DNA from: a virus
Taxonomy: Duplodnaviria; Caudoviricetes
Reading direction: 5' to 3' (one strand)
DNA: 64,000 nucleotides
Virus record (IMG/VR): IMGVR_UViG_3300035208_005856
Coordinates: 1-64,000 of that record
Shown: piece after piece, positions 1 to 7,864 of the stretch
How the letters are laid out: every line of letters starts with the position of its first letter
Position numbering within the stretch: position 1 is the first letter of the stretch
Position numbers and translations under genes: made by a program
Notes under the pieces: generated by a model
Database searches by the model: none
The model's input: the letters and a program-made list of their open reading frames with translations, nothing else
Told to the model about the DNA's origin: nothing

Positions 1-1
1 A

Positions 2-748
2 ATAGCGTTAAAGACCACGCTTGATGCTCTTAACGGAATAGTAATAGGCGATGGTGCTGGTAATTATACAACCACAGCTAATAACTCAACTAACTGGGAT
101 GATGCTTACGGTTGGGGTGACTGGTCTACTTCAGTTAATAATATTTTAGACGGAACAACATCTTTTACAAATTTAAATGTTGATAATTTAAATCTTAACG
201 GTAATACACTGTCATCTACAGATACCAACGGCAATATCAATCTAACTGCTAATGGTACAGGGGAAGTAATAGCAGGAAATGCAGCTGAAACAACTTACCT
301 GATTAAGGAATTTGCTGAATTATACGTATATGGAGGAAGTGGAACTTTAACCCTAACAAACCAAAATACTTGGTATTTAATTGATTTAGATACCGACAAA
401 GGAGGGTATGACGGGGTAAAAAGAGGAGGAATCACCCAAGATAAAGCAAATAGTAAAATAACGATTACAAGAGCTGGCTATTATAGATTAATATATTCTT
501 TTTCGATAGGAGTCAATTATAATGAATCACTTAATCTAGAAATGAGCTTATATAAAAACGGAGCAATTTTGCCAAACACTGTATCAAGAGCAGGAGTACC
601 GGGAACGAGTAACACGCTTATTTTCGTAAGTTATTCTTTGGTTTCGTTGGCTGCAAACGACTATATACAACCATATATTAGAAATGTAACTAATGCAGGA
701 AAACAAATATTAACAACAAATGCTCATTTTAGTGTGGAGGAAATATAA
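2..748 (+). CDS. Tail fibre / receptor-binding protein, 3' part (5' truncated by window), C-terminal C1q/BclA-CTD-like domain
   Basis: The frame of ORF 542..748 is open back to base 2 by manual translation (IALKTTLDALNGIVIGDGAG...NLNLNGNTLSSTDTNGNINLTANGTG). The C-terminus ITITRAGYYRLIYS...LYKNG...LVSLAANDYIQPY has a C1q-like jelly-roll pattern. Confidence 0.7.
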   Translation: MALKTTLDALNGIVIGDGAGNYTTTANNSTNWDDAYGWGDWSTSVNNILDGTTSFTNLNVDNLNLNGNTLSSTDTNGNINLTANGTGEVIAGNAAETTYLIKEFAELYVYGGSGTLTLTNQNTWYLIDLDTDKGGYDGVKRGGITQDKANSKITITRAGYYRLIYSFSIGVNYNESLNLEMSLYKNGAILPNTVSRAGVPGTSNTLIFVSYSLVSLAANDYIQPYIRNVTNAGKQILTTNAHFSVEEI

Positions 749-1575
749 GCTATGGAAATATTTGCAGGAATAGCATTACTAACTTTATTTGACTTTGTGC
801 ATACTTATGTAAGTGAAACGTTTAAGACTCTTAAAAATAAGGATCTCAAGAATGGAAGATAGCATTAACAAGTTAATAGCCTTCGTTTTTACACAAGGTA
901 GTGGTTATATTACTTTAGCCTTTTGTTTTGCTTTATTTTATTTCCATACAAAAGAGTTTTATTCAGAGCAAAGATCAATATCTTCAACTTATTTCTAATG
1001 TTCCTGTAATTGAATCACAACCTAGTGGAGAAGGGATTGATAGTTAATGTCTTATAACCTAGAAGAACATAAAAAGATATTAAGGCTATGGAACGACATT
1101 AGAGATGGGAAAAGTGAGTTAACCATTAATGCTCAATTTTGTATAGTACTAAGTGCTATTGATGACCTTATGATAAGTGAGAGAACTAGGTGTGAGAGAG
1201 AAGAAAGAGCTAGGGATATTTTATCAGGAGAGGAAGACAAAGGCAATGAAGAATGATACAAAAGGAGCTTTTTTATACCTAAAGGCACAAATAATTAACC
1301 TCCATGGCATAAAGGCGTTATTTGCTAAATCTGATTTAGTTGCTAAATTTAACTCCATAGTTGATGCCAACTGTTTGCTAGAGGTGGGTTTTATTGACAA
1401 ACCAAATCCTTATCTACCAACAGTAACTCCAAATTATAATAAGGCCCTAACTCAACTAAGGGTACTAGTTGATGGCCATAAAAACAGGAAGGATTTAATG
1501 CCTTTATTTAATGCCTTAGTTGACAAATTTGAATTAGATATAGAAAAGTTGGTTTAAAAATGCTAAAATAAGAGA

Positions 1576-2187
1576 ATGGAGAGTGGGATTATGGACGAAG
1601 AAATTAAAAAAGATGTATTTAGTTTTTTGACCGCTGGCATTAATTTTTGTCAGAGGCTTATAACTTATTACAAATTAGATCAAGAAACCAAGACAACGGT
1701 AAAAACCCCAGAATCTAACATGGACAAGCCGCCCACTGTTGCGGTTTTAGGATATGAAACAATGGTATCGTCCCACTTTAAACTCGGCGAATTTCTGAGA
1801 GTTAATCACGACACGTGGGTAAGATCTTTTCCGAAAACAGAGGCCACTAAAGTATTTTTTAACGGCCAGTGGGAATATATGTTTCCAATAGCCATGCTCA
1901 ATGACACTATTATTGCGAATATTAAAAAAACAGCAGCCAAGTTAGAAATCGTAAGGACTAAATATGGCAAACCAATTGAGATAAGCAGGGGCGGTGGGCT
2001 TCGTATGGGGGCCTATAACTATAACGCAGGGGGTGTTGATCACAGCCTGCACATGCTTGGATTGGCTGCGGATATCACTATTAAGGGTGTTGAGCCCAAG
2101 AAAATATACGGGGAGTTAATAGCCCTAAAAAAAACAGGCGAGTGGGTATTAGAACCATCGTGGATGCACGTTGGTGCGGTATTATAG
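1576..2187 (+). CDS. Peptidase M15 family endolysin candidate
   Basis: Zn-peptidase motifs HSLHMLGLAADI and WMHV; followed by small membrane proteins. Confidence 0.8.
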   Translation: MESGIMDEEIKKDVFSFLTAGINFCQRLITYYKLDQETKTTVKTPESNMDKPPTVAVLGYETMVSSHFKLGEFLRVNHDTWVRSFPKTEATKVFFNGQWEYMFPIAMLNDTIIANIKKTAAKLEIVRTKYGKPIEISRGGGLRMGAYNYNAGGVDHSLHMLGLAADITIKGVEPKKIYGELIALKKTGEWVLEPSWMHVGAVL

Positions 2188-2200
2188 AAGGAGAATTTAA

Positions 2201-2467
2201 ATGGCATTACAAAGTATTCTAGCAGGGTTCGTAGTAGATCAGGTAGCTAACTTTATCCCTGCTGATCAAATAGCAACCGAAGGTGCAAAGCTATTGGCTG
2301 GAGTCGAAAAACCGTTATTTGACAAAATTGAACAATTTGTTGATGCCTTTGACAAACAAATTGAGGCATCTGCATCTAAGTTAGATGACGCTGGTAAAAA
2401 ACTTCTTGCAGCTCAATTAAAAACATTTGGCCAAGAACTTGTTAAAATCGGCGAAAAACTAAGTTAG
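2201..2467 (+). CDS. Hypothetical protein in lysis cassette
   Basis: Strong RBS (AAGGAG) and helical amphipathic sequence directly after the endolysin. Confidence 0.55.
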   Translation: MALQSILAGFVVDQVANFIPADQIATEGAKLLAGVEKPLFDKIEQFVDAFDKQIEASASKLDDAGKKLLAAQLKTFGQELVKIGEKLS

Positions 2468-2475
2468 GAACTGAC

Positions 2476-2667
2476 ATGAAACCTAATACTATAACAGTAA
2501 TAATTATAGTGTTAGTCGTCTTCTATCTCCTTTTGGGAATAGGGGACGCTTTTAAAGTCTGTGGATACAACGCAGATTTTATCTCTAGCATAGCACGGTT
2601 AATAACTTGCCTAGCGGGGGGATATATGACACAGAGGTTATTCTCAAAAAAAGGAGAAGATAAGTGA
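2476..2667 (+). CDS. Putative holin-like two-TM protein
   Basis: Two hydrophobic segments and a charged C-terminus (KKGEDK); located in the lysis cassette. Confidence 0.45.
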   Translation: MKPNTITVIIIVLVVFYLLLGIGDAFKVCGYNADFISSIARLITCLAGGYMTQRLFSKKGEDK

Positions 2668-2777
2668 TAGATTTATTCGCATTCCTTGCCGGGGCAGCCA
2701 TCTTTTTGGTTCTTGAACAAAAAGAAGCTACTGAAGAAGGCAAGAAAAAAGAAAAAGCAGAAAACAAATAGCAGTAA

Positions 2778-2810
2778 GGGGTAGGGATAATACCTTACCC
2801 CGGTCCTTTT
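2778..2810 (+). terminator. Probable intrinsic terminator of lysis cassette
   Basis: GGGGTAGGG-ataata-CCTTACCCC stem followed by ggtccTTTT. Confidence 0.5.
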
Positions 2811-2825
2811 CAGAAGGGTATTAAA

Positions 2826-3065
2826 ATGTTTTATGACGAAGGCCAGTGCGTTAAGATAGAAGACGAAGACCAGTGTATAACCTGCGACCATTTTAATAAG
2901 GGCGTAGCATGTCCGCTAATGTACGCACTTGGAGCAGGGGTTGTTTGTCTGGCAGAGGACACGGTTATAGTCCAAAACTGTGGATTTTACAAAGAATTCG
3001 TTAGAAGTCTTAGGCTAATAAAAGGGAAAGGGGAACAGATAGATGGTAGCGAAGAAAAAAAATAG
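2826..3065 (+). CDS. Small Cys-rich hypothetical protein
   Basis: ORF with RBS and CxxC...CP...NC pattern. Confidence 0.55.
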   Translation: MFYDEGQCVKIEDEDQCITCDHFNKGVACPLMYALGAGVVCLAEDTVIVQNCGFYKEFVRSLRLIKGKGEQIDGSEEKK

Positions 3066-3293
3066 CAAAAAGAAACCAGACAATAGACAAAAAAACAGGG
3101 AAAGAAAAATAGAAAAACAAGCTAAAATCGAGGGAATTACAACAGAGGCATTAAAAACTAAATACGAGAGCGCAAAAAAATGTCCTTTAAAATACGTAAA
3201 AGACGAACCAGGGCCTTTTGACAACCTAGCTCAAAAATGGGGTAGAAAAAGATTAAGGACATATTTTAATAGCCTTCAACGAGTTAATTAACG

Positions 3294-3833
3294 GTGTTAG
3301 ATAACGAGTTAATGTTAATGGCATTCACAGTGCAGTGTGATAAACTGTACTTGGCAGATGCCAAGAGAATTAGTAACAAACTACTTCTCAAAGAAAAATA
3401 CAATCCAGTACGGTATACTCTTGCCACGAGAAGAGGCCTGCATCAAAAACCCAATATTATTTATAGTAGCTGGAAAATGAAAGTAAGGCAAGTATTTGAG
3501 GCCGAATTTGGATTCAGTATTTATGATGCGTTCATTAAAAACGAGCGGTATGCTGTTTATGTCAAAATGTGGTTCAAAGACGACAGGCGAGCAGATACCG
3601 ATAATGTAGTAAAAGGCATAAGAGACTCACTTTTCCCAAAGCCGGATATTGATGACCATAATGTATCAGGGGCAGAAGAATTTTATTTCGATAAACTAAA
3701 CCCTAGGGTTGAAGTCGTAGTTATTGGGTTATCAACCAACAGGGATGAAGATAAAAAGCTAATGGCAGCGTGTTACGATTGGCTGCTTGAAGAGCAGATG
3801 AAATTTGAAGATATATTAAGTAATAAAACTTAA
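3294..3833 (+). CDS. rusA: RusA-like Holliday junction resolvase
   Basis: RRADTDNVVKGIRDSL, DDHNV and NPRVEV match the RusA catalytic Asp motifs. Confidence 0.75.
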   Translation: MLDNELMLMAFTVQCDKLYLADAKRISNKLLLKEKYNPVRYTLATRRGLHQKPNIIYSSWKMKVRQVFEAEFGFSIYDAFIKNERYAVYVKMWFKDDRRADTDNVVKGIRDSLFPKPDIDDHNVSGAEEFYFDKLNPRVEVVVIGLSTNRDEDKKLMAACYDWLLEEQMKFEDILSNKT

Positions 3834-3916
3834 TAAATAACTAAAAACTATAGACTTATGATAGAATGTAAGTATATATATTTTCAGGGAATTAATATTA
3901 CTTACAGGGAGAGAAT

Positions 3917-4813
3917 ATGGCTAATGTTAAGCTTGTAGTCATGGACCTAGATGATACGCTTTGGACATGGACTAAGCCATGGCAGATGGCAACAGATGAG
4001 TTATTGACAGAAGTTAGCAAAGAACTGGTATTGGACCGGGATAAATTAATTGCCGAACTAAAGGCTGTTTTTAGTCAGTATAAGACCAGTGAATACCTAT
4101 TTGGGTTATATGAGTGTCCGAGCATACAGCAGGCTCTTGACACAAAAGATCCGGTGACTATAGAAGAAAAGTTATTGAAACATATTGGCAGATATTGGGA
4201 AACCTATGCCGATAATTTTAAGGTCTTTGATGGCGCACTTGACTTCCTGGCTCTGTGCAAAGAGCATGGAATTAAGGTTATTGGCTATACTGAGAGCCAA
4301 GAGCTTTACACTAAATTCAGGACAAGTTTGGCCCCGGACGTGGTAAATTATATACATGCAATGTATTGTAACAAAACACGGGTGGATAAGGAAATTCTAA
4401 AATCAGGTGTATTGGGAACGGCACCTATAGTTAGGTTTATTGACTTAATACTAAACCCAGGTGGAGAATTAAGGTCAAATACTTTTGAGTACAACACTTA
4501 TAATCTGGAGTACAGGAAACCTAACCCTAAGTTATTGGAGACCATAGTCAGTAAATATGCTTGTAGTGTCTCAGATGTAATTTACATAGGCGATAGCCTT
4601 TACAGGGATGTGCTCATGGCTAATAAACTTAATATTGATACACTGCTAATGACCAATAAAGATAAAAGCAATGACGTAACCCTTTTAAGGGCATTAACTC
4701 ATTGGTCTCCAGCCGAAGTAGCTAGAGACATTTCGATAATGGAGAAAGAAAAAGTCGTACCTAGTTATACGGCCAAGGACTATAACGAGGTAATAAGGAT
4801 ATTGGAACTATGA
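3917..4813 (+). CDS. HAD-superfamily hydrolase
   Basis: Motif I DLDDTL, motif III KPNP, motif IV IGDSLYRD. Confidence 0.85.
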   Translation: MANVKLVVMDLDDTLWTWTKPWQMATDELLTEVSKELVLDRDKLIAELKAVFSQYKTSEYLFGLYECPSIQQALDTKDPVTIEEKLLKHIGRYWETYADNFKVFDGALDFLALCKEHGIKVIGYTESQELYTKFRTSLAPDVVNYIHAMYCNKTRVDKEILKSGVLGTAPIVRFIDLILNPGGELRSNTFEYNTYNLEYRKPNPKLLETIVSKYACSVSDVIYIGDSLYRDVLMANKLNIDTLLMTNKDKSNDVTLLRALTHWSPAEVARDISIMEKEKVVPSYTAKDYNEVIRILEL

Positions 4814-5445
4814 AAAAGTTAACGGCCAAAGAGGACAGAATCGCACTTGGTAATGTTATAAGACAGTATAGAGATCAATTTAAATGGTCAAGAAAAGATT
4901 TGGCCATGAGAGTTGAGTGTAGTACTGGAAATATTCAGACACTTGAAAACGGACAAATACAAGAACCAAGTTCTGCGCTCTTGGCCAGGTTGGCAATAGC
5001 ATTTGGCCTGAGACTAGATTATTTTGATAAGTTTTTTAGTTATAAGCAATTGGCAAAGGATTATAAAGGGGTTATTCCCCAATCAAAATATTCTTTTAGA
5101 ACTCTTGGGAAAATAAAGCTAAATACTGATATTGAGCACCAAAATGTTGTCAAAATAAATGGCATTGGTCATAGAGAACTTGGGTATCCAGATAAGACCT
5201 TGGTTCTGTACTCTGATTGTAATTGTCTGTATCTTACTGGCGAGTGTATGATAGTATCTGTTAATAACCGGCTACTTCTGTCTCCGGTTTATAGACAAGC
5301 TGGTGGATACACTTTGTTTGCTAGTGGGAAACTACAAGAAAAATCAGAAAAAGAAGTTATGGTTATTGGCCGAGTTAATGGCCGAATAATGCCAGTTAAT
5401 GGCAAAATTGTAATTGATGGCGATGAGATTGTAGAGAGGATATAA
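4810..5445 (+). CDS. XRE-family HTH transcriptional regulator
   Basis: N-terminal HTH (IRQYRDQFKWSRKDLAMRVECSTGNIQTLENG..PS); beta-rich C-terminus resembling a degenerate S24 domain. Confidence 0.8.
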   Translation: MKKLTAKEDRIALGNVIRQYRDQFKWSRKDLAMRVECSTGNIQTLENGQIQEPSSALLARLAIAFGLRLDYFDKFFSYKQLAKDYKGVIPQSKYSFRTLGKIKLNTDIEHQNVVKINGIGHRELGYPDKTLVLYSDCNCLYLTGECMIVSVNNRLLLSPVYRQAGGYTLFASGKLQEKSEKEVMVIGRVNGRIMPVNGKIVIDGDEIVERI

Positions 5446-5703
5446 CTATGGTATTTCAGAGTAAGACAAGAACTGTAGTAATGGATCAGTTAAAAGAGAT
5501 TAATGACTTAGTTGAAAAAGATGGGAAAATTCTTCGTATAAGAGAGAAGACAGGGAGTGACACTGATTTTTATATAGCTTTTTATAAAGCTAAGAACATA
5601 GAGGATTGCTGTGCTAGTACTAACTTATATAGTTTTGGATATTGCAGGACATGGAGAGAATGCATGCTTATTCTTCGTGGAATAGAGGGAGGGATAAGAT
5701 TAA

Positions 5704-6477
5704 ATGGATAAAGAAAAAATAACCAAGTTTAGAGAGAAGGTTCAAGGGGTTAAAAATACATTCCCTTTGTTATTCGGAAAAGAGCGTGACGATGCTTTTG
5801 TGGCTATAAATTCATTATATGATTTTGTAATGACCGAATTAATAATAAATGTTTTTCCAATAGCCAATATGTTTAAAACGATTGACTTTGGAGATTGTGG
5901 TTATTATGATATTCTTTATCTAGTTGGTACCCATGAAGTAGCTAGATTACATTACATTAAAGGCAAAGAATGCTTTTTAACCATGGCAACATGGGACAAG
6001 CGATTTGATTTAAATCCGATAAAAAAGAGAATAACATTGCCCATGGCAAAAGACATAGAAGAAGCTAAAGGCTTTGCTGTTACGGAGTTAATTTCTATTA
6101 TGGAACTGACAAAAGCGGCAGAAGATTGTGGAAGGGTTATTAACAATGTATTTAAAGAAAATGAAGACTTCAAAAAGAGAGTAAACTATCTAGAAGAAGC
6201 CATGAGCCACGGAGTTGAGTGTCTTGAGTGTATGGAAAAAGATAAAGAGATTCAGGAGAATCACAAGGAGTCAACTCGCTGGGCTAGGGTTGAGCTAAGG
6301 CCTGGTGACAAGGTTAAGTTGATAAATTGCCTTGAAGTACAGACGTATGGAGATAAAATATTTAATGTTATTTCTGATCCATGGTCGTTAGGAACCAGGG
6401 ATAACAATAAAGCAGTTAAGTTGGAAGGCATCTCTGGTGGTTTTTGTGTTGATAGACTTTTATTAGTGAGGGACTAG
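5704..6477 (+). CDS. Hypothetical protein with C-terminal SH3-like module
   Basis: Long ORF in a coupled operon; C-terminal LRPGDKVKL...PW...VKLEG. Confidence 0.55.
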   Translation: MDKEKITKFREKVQGVKNTFPLLFGKERDDAFVAINSLYDFVMTELIINVFPIANMFKTIDFGDCGYYDILYLVGTHEVARLHYIKGKECFLTMATWDKRFDLNPIKKRITLPMAKDIEEAKGFAVTELISIMELTKAAEDCGRVINNVFKENEDFKKRVNYLEEAMSHGVECLECMEKDKEIQENHKESTRWARVELRPGDKVKLINCLEVQTYGDKIFNVISDPWSLGTRDNNKAVKLEGISGGFCVDRLLLVRD

Positions 6478-6482
6478 GTATA

Positions 6483-6989
6483 ATGGAAAAAGTAAGAAAA
6501 GTGGTAGAAACAAGAGCCCAAGAAGTATCTTATTCTGATTATTTCTGTGATGTTTGTGGTAAAAAAATAGACATAGGAAGCGTTAATAGATTAGAGGTAT
6601 TAATAGATAATGACGTGTCATTAGACCTGTGTAACGATTGTGGTAATGATATTACTATAGAGATACAGGAAGCCATAGATCCCGTGATAGATAAATACCA
6701 AAAATATGAAATAACTAGAAAAAATGAAGAAGAGAAGTTTTATTATAATAAAATAAAGAAAAAAGAAATTAGCGTGGAGATAAAATCAGGAGATTTTGTA
6801 AGGGTAAAAGGAGCTAGTCCAGGAAGTTATGTTAAAGCTACATATAAAGTAAGCGGAACCCCATGGGAAGAAGCAGGGGAAATTATGGTAACACTAGAAG
6901 ACTATATTTCTAAAATCAAAATAGGTCCTTATGCTATTAATAGATTATTCTTTTTAAGTAGAGAGGGGATAACTGATGAAAATAAATGA
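6483..6989 (+). CDS. Hypothetical protein, N-terminal Zn finger and C-terminal SH3-like module
   Basis: CDVCG...DLCNDC; C-terminal IKSGDFVRV...PW...VTLED. Confidence 0.55.
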   Translation: MEKVRKVVETRAQEVSYSDYFCDVCGKKIDIGSVNRLEVLIDNDVSLDLCNDCGNDITIEIQEAIDPVIDKYQKYEITRKNEEEKFYYNKIKKKEISVEIKSGDFVRVKGASPGSYVKATYKVSGTPWEEAGEIMVTLEDYISKIKIGPYAINRLFFLSREGITDENK

Positions 6990-7864
6990 GGTGATAACTA
7001 AACTTCAAGAGCTTCAAAAAGAAATGGGAGCGGATGCTGATTTATTAATTGATCCAGGGAACGAAGAATATTTCTCTGATTCTTTTGACTTTGTCCCGGT
7101 GCAATTGGTTTGCGACAGGTATTTGACTAAAGAGGCTTATAGGGAAAAAGAATGTGACGAATGTGACAATTGTGAAATACTTTGTAACAATACTGAAGAT
7201 GTTTTTAAACCTGATTTTATAGTGTTACAAGACAATTTAGATAATCTTGATAAGACCACTGCAATGATAAAATCAGTACATAATAAATCACTTCAAGATA
7301 TAAAAGAAGCTATCCCTAAAGACGTTATATATCCGGGTGATGAAAAAATAATAGGATCGGCATTGATCCTATTACTTGAGTATCTTAATGTTATGAATAA
7401 AGGCGGGGACATGACGAGCGTAATGCCAGATGGAGCAAAAAGACAGTATATTATTACATTCCTATTAGGAGATGTGGAGGTTAAGAGTGAATAAAGCAGA
7501 GCAGGTTAAGGAAGTTAGGGACTGTATTTCCGGCCTTAGAAAAAACGGTGGATGGGATAAAGAGGACATAGAATGTAAGGCTTTTCAATTAGCCAATATG
7601 TTAGCCAATGACGAAGAATTTTTAACAGAGGAAGAAATAGAAAGTTTTTTAAAGGAAAAATAAATGGCTAAATGGGATAATTATAGTATTCCTCATCAAA
7701 ATGACAATACTAATCCAAATATAGTAACTTACACTTGTAAGAATAAAAGCAAGAAAAAACCGTGTAAGTACTGTACGGCACAGGGTTACTGTAATTTGAG
7801 CATTAATCACGATCTTAAAAAAGAGATAGAGTACCGTAATAAAATAGGTGGGGTTCTGTAGCGT

